A DNA stretch of 63,564 nt, filler included, from Octopus bimaculoides (GCF_001194135.2; 8 parts of 8 records of this genome joined end to end with filler, not necessarily neighbours in it); one strand, 5' to 3'. Counted from the whole stretch's first letter, positions 39,081 through 53,689 are shown. Program-made: numbers and translations. Notes: generated by a model from the sequence alone, not told the origin.

Positions 39081-42000
39081 NNNNNNNNNNNNACACTTCG
39101 GTCATGAAAGACCATAGGATTGCAGCTAGAAAGTTACCTTCGGAGACAAAAGTTCGAGTAAGGTTGTTTCTAGAAGGCCAGCAGTCGCCCATGCATACCA
39201 GCCTCACCGCTCCACACAACCGTTGTTATCCAGGGGAAATGCAAAGGCCGATACAGCTTTGCGCCATTGATGTCGCAACTCATTTCTACAACTGAGNNNN
39301 NNNNNNNNNNNNNNNNNNNNNNNNNNNNNNNNNNNNNNNNNNNNNNNNNNNNNNNNNNNNNNNNNNNNNNNNNNNNNNNNNNNNNNNNNNNNNNNNGCAG
39401 TCAAATGACTGAAACAAGTAAAAGAGTAAAAGAGTATACATATACAATTGTACATATATATATAAAATATTATATGCATATATATGTATGTATATATATG
39501 TATATATATAGCGAGCTTCTTAACTACGCAATCATGTCTACTTCTATCTTCCTAAACCTACATTAACATTGAAAAAAATCAGTTAGCATGAATGTGACGA
39601 AATGTCTATCCATTCCGAATAGACCTGGGGCCCAAACAATAACGACAAGAGCAACAACTGAAACAAGAAAAACGTAACAGTAAGTACAATTTCTAAAGTG
39701 TTTTAATCTGCACGCCAACGTGAATAATTTCTCTAATCTTACTGAGCGAAAAACACTGGTAAAAGTTAGAGGAAAGAAAACAATGTGAAACGAAGATGAT
39801 AGGACAGTGTGAAAATAAATTTCCGCAAAAAGCTAATAATTTTTTACTGGTTTTAGGCATTGGATTGCGATGATAAGAAATTAAAATCTTAATACCTTTA
39901 TTAAACTGTCACACATACATCTAACTGCCAACCTACCTACCTACCTACCTACCTACCTACCTACCTACCTACCTACCTACCTATCTACCTACCTACCTAT
40001 TTACCTACCTATCTATCTACCTACCTATCTACCTACCTACCTACCTACCTACCTACCTACCTACCTACCATTCTTCGTTCGTTCTTTCGATCCTTCTGTC
40101 CTTCCTTCTTTCTTTCCTTCCTACATACATACATGTATATATGTATATGAGTATATATGCATATATTTTTGCAAAAATGTTTGTGTGTATATATATATAT
40201 ANNNNNNNNNNNNNNNNNNNNNNNNNNNNNNNNNNNNNNNNNNNNNNNNNNNNNNNNNNNNNNNNNNNNNNNNNNNNNNNNNNNNNNNNNNNNNNNNNNN
40301 NNNNNNNNNNNNNNNNNNNNNNNNNNNNNNNNNNNNNNNNNNNNNNNNNNNNNNNNNNNNNNNNNNNNNNNNNNNNNNNNNNNNNNNNNNNNNNNNNNNN
40401 NNNNNNNNNNNNNNNNNNNNNNNNNNNNNNNNNNNNNNNNNNNNNNNNNNNNNNNNNNNNNNNNNNNNNNNNNNNNNNNNNNNNNNNNNNNNNNNNNNNN
40501 NNNNNNNNNNNNNNNNNNNNNNNNNNNTATATATAAATATATGATAGGCTTCCGTAATTTTCGTCTGTGAATTGGTGCTCACTTAGACATTGCGAGGGTT
40601 TGGTTAAAATAATTCCTTCGAGATGTTGCGTTGTAGATAGAATCTATATCCACACGTTTGTATTGGAAACGTTACTACCATTCACCTTCTCGATTTATTG
40701 CTAAGAAAAATGTCAATAAGTTATATGAAAAAGATATTGACTCTTGAGGAGCTCGTTGAAGAGCAACAACAACCATGAAGTAAAGCCAAGCGCGACCGAA
40801 TTCCCGATAGCCTAGTGCTTGATTCACTTGTGACACAATCTAACAAGTTGTTACGGTTGCACGTTACAGAACTATAGGCAATCTTGCAGTTCTCAGTTAA
40901 ATATTTCTACACTGTTCTTTGGGTAGATGTTTTGTCATATAGCTTCAGTTTGATAGCTGGGTCCTATACCTATGCACATAAACACAGCTTAAATGAAAAT
41001 CGAATCAGCGTAGAAGTTTCCCACGTTCTTGTTTCTACTATACTAAATAAGAACATAGAACGTGATGTTATATTCAGATATGCTCGGTAACGACGACCTA
41101 ACAGTGTTTGGTTCGAGTCAACAATGGAGACTATATGGATACTAGAACTACTAAAAATTGCTACTAACGTTCACTGGAATCACAGCATATCTTCTCAGAT
41201 ACTAAGATCGGAAGTTACTTTTATCAGAAATTACTTGGAGCTAAACAACAGTAACAAGTCTGAGATCAATTAACTAAATTATAACAAGATGGTAAGTCTG
41301 ATTCTATTGTCAGATATCATTGCTCGGAGTGAAGAGATATTAGAAGTTATATGATATCATACTTACAACAGTGTGAGTACCGCAGGGCAACATGAAATAT
41401 CTTGGTAAGTGAAGACCATGCAACATTATCAGCACTGTGGATGAAAGCCAGCTCACAAAACGTCTAATCCCCCAAGGGAAGATATGGACAGAATAGATGG
41501 TCAGAATGTACATTTAATCTATCCTATAGTGCTTTGTAGTTGCGGTTATTATTTGTATTTAAACTTGCTGGTATGTATGAGGATTTAACATTACAAGCAC
41601 ACGTATGTTTGTGTATACATGCTAGTACACGCACGCACCGCCATCACATATACGTAAAAATAACAGCGCGTATATATATATATGTGTATATATATGTATA
41701 TGTATATATATATGTATGCATATATGTATGTATGTGTGTGATTATTATACAGATTTCTTTCTTAGCCACTCAGGGCTAAGCATTGAAGATATAATACAAT
41801 GTATATTGTATAAACGTTACGTAATATACATCGTATATAGATAGAGAAAGCTGGGAGCTCGAAATGATGAAAGGCAAAGTCCACCTCGGCTGAATTTGAA
41901 CTCAGAACGTACGTACGGACGAGATACCGCTAAGCATTTTGTCCGCATGCATCTGAAATCCTCTTTCAAAATAACTTTATAAACTTGGGCATCTACAATT

Positions 42001-42926
42001 TTGTGTGAGTATCAAATTAGTTTCCTCTGATTTTACAGATATGCAAACACCTCTTTTATCGCAAGAACATTATGTACTGGGTGAGTACTTAATTTCTGGA
42101 TTTCTACCTTTTCGAACATGCAAACATTTCTCTTATATACGCTGGAGAAATTAAAGCGCGTCCACAAACCAAAACTTGGAACACTTTTCATAATTGATAA
42201 CAAACACAGAAGATAAGCAGCTGACATATTTACAAACTACAACATTATGAAAACTAAAGCATAACAAAACTTCATTTAATATTGTAAAAGATCAACAGTG
42301 TATACATACAAATATATCGATAATTAAAATAGAACAAACTAAATGTGTTCTGTTCAAAATCTGCCATCACTCTCATTAACCATAGTTGGGGTAATCACAT
42401 ATTTTGACCTTTGCTGGCCACATGGACCCTACAATTCTTTGTTTGTTCCTTGTCAATATCTATTTATAAACTAATGATATCTAACTGTACACCAGCCGAA
42501 CTGTATCTTTTGCCCCACTATCCTCTCGACTCTCATGCACTTATGACTACCTCCAACAGAATGGTAGCTAGTAACAATTAATAATACTACACAGTAGTAG
42601 GAACACAGCTAGCAATCTTAACTTTGCTAGTCCTCAGAATACCGACATTGGCAAAAGCTCTTAATGTAACAACAATAACAACGATGATGACAATTACACT
42701 ATTATCATGGCTGCAGAAGGCAGACACTATGACAAAAACAACAACAATAATAGCCATGATCAGCGTTGACTACATCTACTACAATAGTAATATCTTTTCT
42801 GTTTGGCTGCGCTTGTGGAAATTTCAAAGTTTAGGGAAGTTTTTAAAATTTGGTGTATTGATGTAATTTTCNNNNNNNNNNAGCACGTTATAAAAATAAA
42901 ACTACTGAACAATAATAATAATAATA

Positions 42927-43527
42927 ATCTGTTTACTGTTGCTTTAGGGCGTCTCGCCCCATGCAGCGTTATCAACTTTCTCATCCTTCTATCCAGTGTT
43001 GATATTCCAACCTTAATCCATTTGAAGATGGACGCACTATATGCGACCAGTACAACTGCCCATCTATGCATTGCAGTTATCAAATATATGTCATTCAGGT
43101 TGGATTTCAACACCATCTTCACCCTTTTTTGATACGCCTCGTTGACCTTGAATTTCATTTCTCTGTGTAGAATATCATCCAACTCCAAAATCCCTAAATA
43201 TCTATATCAACTACCGTCGGGTTCACCCATTGTCTCTCCTGATGGTAACCGTTATCCTCCGCAGGCTGCTTTCTCCCCTCTTCATATTAAGTGCTGATAA
43301 TTTAATAATCCCAAAAATCCATACTCCCTACAATACTTCTGGACTCTTTTAGTAGAGGAATCTGTCTGTTTTTTAGATCTCCCAAACGATTTCAGGTTTC
43401 CATTAACAGAAGATGCTTCAATGATGGACGTTTCTTCCTACATCGGTAACCCAGCTTAAAGTGTCATTGTTATGGGTATTAGTACAATTACAAATAGCAA
43501 CGGAGAAAACGAATCACCTTGGAAGAT
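42927..43527 (-). mobile_element. R4/Dong-clade LINE, reverse transcriptase segment (inverted)
   Basis: Minus strand encodes IFQGDSFSPLLFVIVLIPIT...(YKYLGILE-like)...YQKRVKMVLKSNLN...RWAVVLVAYSASIFKW...LDRRMRKLITLHGARRPKATVNR. Abuts (AAT)n at ~42910-42928. Confidence 0.82.
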
Positions 43528-44165
43528 GTACATTTGAAAGAGGTGGCAGAGGACAATTGTATAAGGTGTGAAAGGAGAACCCTTGCCGTGTATTTGATAA
43601 ATAATGATGAAGAACTGCTGCAATATACCGCGGAAGATATGGTTGTAAATGCAAATGAAATGATGAGCAAGGAAGAGTTTATTCAAAAAGCTGAGGAGAA
43701 GAGAAAAGAAGATCTTCGTGAGATGAGAATGCATGGACAGACTGAAAGGAATACACAAGATGTTATGGATAATACAGAATCGTGGGCATGGCTTGAGCGA
43801 GGTGATTTGAAGCATACCACCGAAAGCCTGATCATTGCTGCGCAAGACCAGGCTCTCGCTACCAATTTAGTGAAGTATAACATGTATAAAACCTCTGACA
43901 CCTAGAGTCGCAAACTCTGTGGAAAGAGTGTGGAAAATGTGACCCATTTGGTAAGTGGGTGTGAGAACCTTGTACAAAAAGAATACAAACGCGGCCACGA
44001 TAATGTGTGTATGTATCGTCATTGGCTTTTATAGCGTACAGACCAATATGAAGTAATAGAGAACTGGTATGAGCATGTACCAAGTAAAGTCATGAAGGTT
44101 GATGGAAAAGTAACGATACTCTGGGACCATGAGTTACAGACGGATCGTGTAATCGAACACCGTCG
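43528..44165 (+). mobile_element. R4/Dong-clade LINE, post-RT / CCHC zinc knuckle / start of REL segment
   Basis: Encodes EDNCIRCERRTLAVYL...MHGQ...SWAWLERGDLKHTTESLIIAAQDQALATN...RKLCGKSVENVTHLVSGCENLVQKEYKRGHD...WYEHVP...ILWDHELQTDRVIEHRR. Confidence 0.85.
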
Positions 44166-44179
44166 AAAAGTCAGCCACT

Positions 44180-44420
44180 GGCACAAGCTATTCTTGGGAA
44201 TACGAATCTAGATGGTTACCTGAACGTGAACATCCCCATCTCGAGTCTTCCAAGTACGCAGCCACCACAAAAAAGGAAACATAAGAGGATCAATTGGACC
44301 CGGGAAGAGTATTACGAAGTGATATACGCTTGTAACTGTTATTACTATGTAGACCAACTTACAAGAGAAACATTGCAAACCCTTACAATATATGGAGAAC
44401 GGGAAATCATCATCATATGT
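44180..44420 (+). mobile_element. Probable N-terminal fragment of an R4/Dong-type ORF
   Basis: Encodes RKHKRINWTREEYYEVIYAC, resembling the R-x-W-T-x-EE-x(3)-V N-terminal motif of these elements. Assigned by pattern recall only. Confidence 0.45.
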
Positions 44421-44514
44421 GTATATATTTAATGAGTAATAACAGACGATGGATAATTATCCTTATTTTACTGTGTATATACATATATATGTATACACAC
44501 ACACACACTCACAC

Positions 44515-44563
<49 letters not shown>

Positions 44564-44628
44564 TATATATATATGTATATATATGTATATAAGAAATACA
44601 ATTGAATAGACAGGTTGAAGTTACTTAC

Positions 44629-44819
44629 CATCGATTCTTTAGAACCCAAAGGTACTTCAAGTTTAATAAATAAGATTTTGGCGACAACACCGAAGCATAT
44701 TTTTTTAAGGATCATAGGCACCTCGTAGCCTCGTGTTCCTTTGTGGTGGATGTTCAGTGTTAGTACTGTCATTCCAGTCGCGAAGGACACAATTGCAATA
44801 GTGATGCCATAATACAAGC
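44629..44819 (-). CDS. Cys-loop ligand-gated ion channel (nicotinic acetylcholine receptor-type subunit), exon for TM3 and the start of the M3-M4 loop
   Basis: Acceptor tcttcttgtttcAG, donor GTAAGT, 191 bp. Encodes (G)LYYGITIAIVSFATGMTVLTLNIHHKGTRGYEVPMILKKICFGVVAKILFIKLEVPLGSKESM. The hydrophobic M3 followed by LNIHH[RK]G...VP is the nAChR signature. Other exons were not recognised. Confidence 0.85.
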
Positions 44820-47800
44820 CTGAAACAAGAAGAGCGCAATATATAATTGCAATATATAATAGTTAAAAAGTGCAAAAGTACCGAGTTATATATATGTTTG
44901 TTTTAAGTGTCATGTATATATGTATGTATATATGCATGCATGTGTGTATGTATGTATATGTCTGTGTGTGTGTATGTATGTTTGGTGAGAGAGAGAAGGA
45001 CGAGAGAGATTTAGTTAATAATATATATGTTAGGAGTCGCTGTGTTAGTGTCTGGTAATATTTCCTCTCGTTTTGCTATTTCCTATGTTTTTTACATGCT
45101 CAACATTAATTCTACAAAACTTTTGGCCCATGAATACTAATGCAATTGTGATCCTGTTTCATTTCTCGTCAGAAATCCCAATCGTCATTAGTTTAACCGC
45201 TAATGGAAAATATCTTCAGCATAACTGTGATATAAACATATTAATAAAAATGAGATTATCTACGTTTTCTACGAAACTCCCAAACTCATTGATTTGAGCA
45301 ACGCTTCATTGCATAATCAAAGTTTTTCATAACGCACTCTAACACTACTCGCACAGAATACCTCTCACATGTCCACCCATCCATGAAATCTATCCAAAGA
45401 TACAGACATATTTGCATATAGTTTTTTTTTAAATTTTAGATCGCATATTTGTATCTCACTTCTAAATTGTTTATGCTGCAATGTGTCAGGTTTTATTTCA
45501 AGAACTCTCTTTCTTATAAATGACTTCAAATCCAAAATAATCGAAATATAAGATAAGAGAAAGTAACTTTAAATATGTATGTTTGAATAATATGATATAC
45601 TTATGTTTGGTCATCTGTGTACATTGAGCAAAACAGGTATCTCTCTCTCTCTTCCTCTACTTACTATATGCATAAAAACATAGAGCAGAGTCTACGCAAT
45701 GTTGTATGAAAGAGAAAGCTAGACAATGATAAATTTTACAAATTCTCTAAAGAGTTGGCTAATTCTGAAATATATCAATACAAACAAGTTGAAATGGTTT
45801 TCACATGAAGTGAGTGAAATATATTTCTTCTAGTTGTATTAAGGTTATGTTTGTAGCTGTACCAATACGATTTTCATCCAAGCAATTCACTAAACTATAA
45901 GAAAATCTTAGAACGTGACTTTTATCGAATCATCTAATGGAAATAAATTGTTGTGTGGATATGAAAGCAATATGAAGAAAAGCTATGTCAGAAAACAAAA
46001 GGCTACCTATGTAACATTTCTTTACTCCGTATACAGATTAACCTTCTATTTTCGCTTAGTATTAGTATAACTTTCGAGGTGACGAGATGAATAGTTTATT
46101 CTGGTCGGATTTTAACACAGAATTTAAGGGGCTTGCTAAATACAATATTTATTTCTAACTTACGCAGAAAATCGCACATAGTGTGGATGAAAGCAGTTTG
46201 ATTGTATCAATTTTCAGTACTTGGCCACTACCTCCTTTTTATCGACTTCGTCAAAAAGAAGGCAACATCAACAGAGATGGGTTTCAGCTGAGCAGTAAAG
46301 GGACCAAATGTGATACTATCAGAGTTCTCATTTGACGCTCTAACGAGTCTATAGAATAACTGTGTTTTAATAATTAATTACTTTCATTTAATAAACTACC
46401 AGACATCAAAGAAAAATAGCATGCCACATTCATTAGTGATATATACCTTGTAATAAATCTGGCGAAAAGGAAAACTTTGCCTATGATATATCAAGACCTT
46501 TCTATCATTTCTCTAACTAGAATCTCCTAGAATCGCTTCTCGATTTGAGACCCCAGTTACTGGGTTACAAATTAATTTATTTATTGCTAGTTAATTGAGT
46601 GTCAATCCTATAATCTCACATTTTATCTGTTACGTTTCGTTTTGAGAACGCGTGTCATTTAATTCACTTCTTAGAAAAGGGACACGAGATTCGAAGAAAG
46701 AGAGTACGCACTAAACTAATATTGAATGCTGTAATTCCACCATGCATTTCATCAATTTCTACCGTATTGCTACCATTATATCGAAACGTGTAGGAAACTT
46801 AAGAATGTATATTACCATACCTTATTTCTGTCCGCTTTTACAGTATTCAGGTTTTGTCAAAAAGTACTAAAAAGTACCTTCTAAATATTACGGAATTTAT
46901 AATGCAAAAAAATGCCATCCATTACTTGATCAAGTTTAGGTGTGTTTACTTTCTTTCAGCTAATTAGCGAACATATTGTTCATGATCACTCTAGCTGCGG
47001 TAACATTTCTATCAGAATGTTATTTGTAGTATAAACTGCAATACTGCACACATGTTTCCTCACCTGCCAAATGTCGACATTTCACCTCGAAATTTAGGAA
47101 ACCACAAAGGAGAAACTCGGGAACGTAATTTTTGTTTTTCAAATTAAGAGTTGTTGTAATATGATTGTCTTGAATATTGAGTATCATTCATTATTCTAGT
47201 GGAAAACTTCTCTGTGTCCACTCTTACTATTTAATGAGTATTTGGCGACTGGTATTGATATTAACGATTACACCTATACGTGCGTACCTTGTTCATTTGA
47301 TCAGTAGTCAACGATAAAAGTTCACCCGATCTTTCTAAATATTACAGCATAGCGTTCCCATTCATTCAATTGACACTAACCAACAACAATCCAATAGCTA
47401 TTAAAGACTTAGGTCAATGAACCTAGCTGAAAGATACTATTTATTATTACCTTTATTTATCATTACCTTTACTGAAAGATATTATTTATTATTACGTTTA
47501 CTATCGTAACACCTACTATTAGTGACTATAAAACTGTTAGAGTAGTGACTTAAATGTTATTCTAGCTTTTGCTTCGCTCCACCCTTACTAGTGCAAAGAT
47601 ATTATTTCTCATCAAGCATTTTATAAAATATTTTTTGGTCAGTAGCTCAAAATCAGTGGGTGGCTAACAGTGCGCTGCACAACCAATATGTTTCTTATCC
47701 GAACGTAACGCGTATAAATACAAGTAAGCAGGTTAAGCGAATGTTCTATTTCAGTGCGTTAAGATGGAAATGACTAGTGGTTCGTTGGTTTGCAACTAAT

Positions 47801-49889
47801 ATTAAATACCAATTCACACTGGTGGATGAGCTATAACGGGTAAACATGTATTCTATGCAGACATGTATGACTTTTAATCTGACATCCGCTCAATAGGCCA
47901 AAGAAACAAGTTGACAGAAAGAAATTCTAATAAAGAAGCTTAGGTCGCAAGCAGAATTCCAACATTTTAACACGATAGAGGAAAATTTGTATTGAATGTG
48001 AGAGGACCTAACAATTTAAAAGTAGTGTATATGGTAAAAATACAGCATTTCAAAATGATAAAAATTTACTTACCGCGTGAGAATAGCATTGGGTTTTCAT
48101 TGATTACCTGATAATGCATGATAACGTTGCAGTCGACAAAGAATGTTCAGACTAAAGTCGTTCAAGAGAACCAGAAGAGTCAACACAATAACACAAAACG
48201 AATCACCAATACTGACGTTTTGTAAAAACGCTTAGCTATAAAATACAAACATCTTATCACATTTTTCGTATATATAATCTCATTAGAAGGATTTAATTTC
48301 TTTTTGTTATCGGAAAAAAAATTTCTATATAGAATGTTTGTTAATTAACGAATACTTGTAAAGTTATCATTCTCACGAGAACCGTACCAGAGAAATAAGA
48401 TTATTTTTCGCTGTATTTTCGTATAACACACACACACACAGGTAGAGACAGAGAGACAGAGACAAAAAGAGAGATGCGCATAAACCTGCAAACATGTTTA
48501 TACATACACAGACGCAAATATATATATATATATATATATATANNNNNNNNNNNNNNNNNNNNNNNNNNNNNNNNNNNNNNNNNNNNNNNNNNNNNNNNNN
48601 NNNNNNNNNNNNNNNNNNNNNNNNNNNNNNNNNNNNNNNNNNNNNNNNNNNNNNNNNNNNNNNNNNNNNNNNNNNNNNNNNNNNNNNNNNNNNNNNNNNN
48701 NNNNNNNNNNNNNNNNNNNNNNNNNNNNNNNNNNNNNNNNNNNNNNNNNNNNNNNNNNNNNNNNNNNNNNNNNNNNNNNNNNNNNNNNNNNNNNNNNNNN
48801 NNNNNNNNNNNNNNNNNNNNNNNNNNNNNNNNNNNNNNNNNNNNNNNNNNNNNNNNNNNNNNNNNNNNNNNNNNNNNNNNNNNNNNNNNNNNNNNNNNNN
48901 NNNNNNNNNNNNNNNNNNNNNNNNNNNNNNNNNNNNNNNNNNNNNNNNNNNNNNNNNNNNNNNNNNNNNNNNNNNNNNNNNNNNNNNNNNNNNNNNNNNN
49001 NNNNNNNNNNNNNNNNNNNNNNNNNNNNNNNNNNNNNNNNNNNNNNNNNNATATATATACATATATATATATATATTCCTGGTAATGTTAGCTGTAATAA
49101 GGTATAAATGTTATTAATAAACATAAGAATAAAAATAATATTAATATATTAATATTAATTCCTGTCATGGGAATAAGATATCGAATTTAAATGGGAAAAG
49201 TCTTGTGCTACATTAACTCTATTACTCACTGGATAATTTCATAATACCTGAAAAGTTGATATTTGAATGTAAAAAGACATAAAAATACATTGAAATTCTC
49301 TGTTAGGTTTTGAAGTATGGTAATACTGTCACAGCCAAATATATCTCAAGTGTGGACAAGATCAAAAGTCAAAGTGAATAATTCACATTTCTTTTGAATG
49401 CTATCAATAATAGATAGTATAATTAAACACATTTCAAGCAGTTTCTGAACTGATAAAAATTACTTGTAAACAATATTAATACAATTTGTATAATGCCATT
49501 AAAAAAGTACCTGTTCCATTAATACCTGAAAAAAAGAAAAACAAGTTGATAAAAAAAAAGTGGTCATTCATTGATGAATTCCCTGTAACGTTTTTCTTAT
49601 CGATTTAGAATTCTGCCTGTCACTGTTTCAATTCGGTCGCACTGCAGCTGTCCTGGCTCTCCTGAAATATATTAATTATTCATTTTGGTCAACTATATTT
49701 GTGGAATGTGTCTGACGTCGATAGAGGAATGTATCTGACGTCAGTAGTACTTTATATATATAAATACATACGATTTTATATATCTAATATGGACCTTCGA
49801 TTCTATATTTAATAAGATATATCCATATGTTTCCATGAATGTAATTATGTGTGTATGTATGTTTGAATATATGTATCTATGTATGTACG

Positions 49890-49950
<61 letters not shown>

Positions 49951-50217
49951 CTTCTCACGGACGTGCTGTCACATCGGCTGCGAAGGTAAACGTTTATTTG
50001 ACCTTTTATTGTCCACATTTTGTTGGAATTTTTAAATAATTTTGTTGCGAAGCACCTAGGCTTCATTTGTGTGTATTTTCAAGGGCAGGAATTGGCCCCC
50101 AGGGGCAGTTTCGGCCCTAGCAAAATACAAAAATTTCCTTCTTGACATTTGAAAAATGTCGAGAAACATAATTTTGGAACGCTTGTCTTGTTCTTTTGAC
50201 AAGCATTTCCCGAGGCT

Positions 50218-50317
50218 NNNNNNNNNNNNNNNNNNNNNNNNNNNNNNNNNNNNNNNNNNNNTTAATTAATTAANNNNNNNNNNNNNNNNNNNNNNNNNNN
50301 NNNNNNNNNNNNNNNNN
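50218..50317. other. Artificial scaffold spacer
   Basis: Linker at 50262-50273. Confidence 0.95.
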
Positions 50318-52750
50318 ATATATGTATATTTATGCATATATATGCATGTGTATACGTTTATATATATGCATGTGTATAAGTATATATATATATGAATGTA
50401 CATATATATATGCATCTATATATGTATACGCATAGATATATATGTATATGCATGTATATANNNNNNNNNNNNNNNNNNNNNNNNNNNNNNNNNNNNNNNN
50501 NNNNNNNNNNNNNNNNNNNNNNNNNNNNNNNNNNNNNNNNNNNNNNNNNNNNNNNNNNNNNNNNNNNNNNNNNNNNNNNNNNNNNNNNNNNNNNNNNNNN
50601 NNNNNNNNNNNNNNNNNNNNNNNNNNNNNNNNNNNNNNNNNNNNNNNNATGTATGTATGTATGCGTGTATATGCATATATGTATATGCATGTATGTATAT
50701 ATATATGTATAAAAGTATATGGATGTGTATATATATGTATATTCATGTATGTATATATATGNNNNNNNNNNATGGATGTGTATATATATGTATATTCATG
50801 TATGTATATATATGAAAGTATTTGGATGTGTATATATGTATATGCATGTGCATGCATATATATATATGCATGTATATATATGTATATATATGCATTTATA
50901 TGTATGTATATATATATGTATATTTGTATATATATATTTATATGTATATTTGTATATATATATATANNNNNNNNNNNNNNNNNNNNNNNNNNNNNNNNNN
51001 NNNNNNNNNNNNNNNNNNNNNNNNNNNNNNNNNNNNNNNNNNNNNNNNNNNNNNNNNNNNNNNNNNNNNNNNNNNNNNNNNNNNNNNNNNNNNNNNNNNN
51101 NNNNNNNNNNNNNNNNNNNNNNNNNNNNNNNNNNNNNNNNNNNNNNNNNNNNNNNNNNNNNNNNNNNNNNNNNNNNNNNNNNNNNNNNNNNNNNNNNNNN
51201 NNNNNNNNNNNNNNNNNNNNNNNNNNNNNNNNNNNNNNNNNNNNNNNNNNNNNNNNNNNNNNNNNNNNNNNNNNNNNNNNNNNNNNNNNNNNNNNNNNNN
51301 NNNNNNNNNNNNNNNNNNNNNNNNNNNNNNNNNNNNNNNNNNNNNNNNNNNNNNNNNNNNNNNNNNNNNNNNNNNNNNNNNNNNNNNNNNNNNNNNNNNN
51401 NNNNNNNNNNNNNNNNNNNNNNNNNNNNNNNNNNNNNNNNNNNNNNNNNNNNNNNNNNNNNNNNNNNNNNNNNNNNNNNNNNNNNNNNNNNNNNNNNNNN
51501 NNNNNNNNNNNNNNNNNNNNNNNNNNNNNNNNNNNNNNNNNNNNNNNNNNNNNNNNNNNNNNNNNNNNNNNNNNNNNNNNNNNNNNNNNNNNNNNNNNNN
51601 NNNNNNNNNNNNNNNNNNNNNNNNNNNNNNNNNNNNNNNNNNNNNNNNNNNNNNNNNNNNNNNNNNNNNNNNNNNNNNNNNNNNNNNNNNNNNNNNNNNN
51701 NNNNNNNNNNNNNNNNNNNNNNNNNNNNNNNNNNNNNNNNNNNNNNNNNNNNNNNNNNNNNNNNNNNNNNATATATATATATATATATATATATTTATAT
51801 GCATATGTATATATATTTGTATATATGTATGTGTGTATATATATATATGCATGCATATCTATATGTATGTGTATATATATGCATATGTATATATATGTAT
51901 GCATATATATATCTATATGTATGCATATATATATGCATATGTATATGTATGCATATATATATGCATATGTATATGTATGCATGTATATACATGCACATAT
52001 CCATGTATATATATATAATCATGGATGTATATGTACATATATATTCATGCATATTTATACACGCATGTATATATGTGTATATTTATATACATGTGTGTAA
52101 TATATATGTATGTATATGTGTATATATGCGTATATATTTGTGTGTGTATATATGTATGCATGTATATATGCGTATCTATATATTTATGCATGTATATATA
52201 TATCCATGCATATAAGTATATATATTTTTATGCATGTATATATGTAGATATATACATATACACGTATATATATATTCATGCATATGCATGGATGTACATC
52301 TGTTTGGTTGCTATGTATGTACATATAGACACGTGTATATGCATATTTATGTGTGTAGCCCTAAATCACTTGTAACATATCTTGGAATAAAGAAGACTAG
52401 TATGCTAGAAATAGAAGCAAAGTTTTCGTTAAACGTCTCCTCACTATCTGGAAAAAGAAGAGGATCACATTGGAAATTTTAATGTATGATATACTCACAA
52501 AGGTGGAATGGTCATGGTTGGAACACCTTTGATCTTAGAGTACGTTCGTTAAATATAAATTTTGGGCTTAATCAGTTCTGTGGGATTGTATTCATGCAGT
52601 TAAATACACGTGTATGGACGTTTCTTTTATTTAATAATAATCAACAGAAGTTATGTATAGGTAGAAAAATGTCGAGTCCTTTATATAAGTATCTATATAT
52701 TTGTATATATAAATATACAACTTACCATGCGCATATATATATATATATAT

Positions 52751-52850
52751 NNNNNNNNNNNNNNNNNNNNNNNNNNNNNNNNNNNNNNNNNNNNTTAATT
52801 AATTAANNNNNNNNNNNNNNNNNNNNNNNNNNNNNNNNNNNNNNNNNNNN
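52751..52850. other. Artificial scaffold spacer
   Basis: Linker at 52795-52806. Confidence 0.95.
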
Positions 52851-52915
<65 letters not shown>

Positions 52916-53689
52916 CATACATATATGTTGGGCTGTGTGCATATATATCACATACATAATTATATGTATATATATATGTACATATATATGTACATATATA
53001 TATATATATATACGTGTGTGTGTGTGTGTGTGTGTGTGTCTGTGTCTGTGTGTCTGTGTCTGTGTGTGGATGTGTTTGTGTGTTTATATAAATACATACA
53101 TACACATTTGGCTGCAATGCTTCCATGTGTATTCTCATTCTCAATACGTGGCTGCAGACGATGAAGGCAATATTAATACTGGTCGCGGATTAAAGTGTGA
53201 TGTGTATAAAGGGGGAAAAGAGACAATTAGTTGTCTGGCACATGTTCAACTAATTATGTCAGAATAAGCAAGTATAAAATCACCAATACCATCAAACTAT
53301 TTGAGATTTTTCCAAAGATAAATGTCTTTGATCATTCAGTTTGCTGCAACGTCGGCTCCTGGTTACTAACTGTAAAATGTCCATACATACGCACACATAC
53401 ACTCAAAAACAATCATTCGGCTAAGTTTTCATGTGATACTTGTATACATATACACCAACATGGAACAAGAACCATGGCTATGCTACACATACAAAAGACG
53501 CTCGGAAACCCATAGTGAAATTAACGGACAGTGTGTTGTAGACGAAATTATACACTCGCAATTATATGTATGTAAACAAAAAATATCACATCCATACATG
53601 AAACGCTGCATATGTCTGTTCCAGTTTTAGGTGAAGATAACTACTGTTTGTGATGATCATTGTGAATATCAGCATCACTGTAATGACAC

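Noticed and set aside
40625-40840. Minus-strand open stretch with AWLYFMVVVAL as a candidate nAChR M4 exon
   Set aside because: Lacks the DR-x-x-L/F motif preceding M4 and has no recognisable receptor similarity.
48066-48215. Possible upstream exon of the nAChR gene (hydrophobic SFCVIVLTLLVLL stretch, donor-like GGTAAGT and GGTAATC)
   Set aside because: No in-frame ATG or convincing acceptor, and it does not match the expected M1/M2 sequence.
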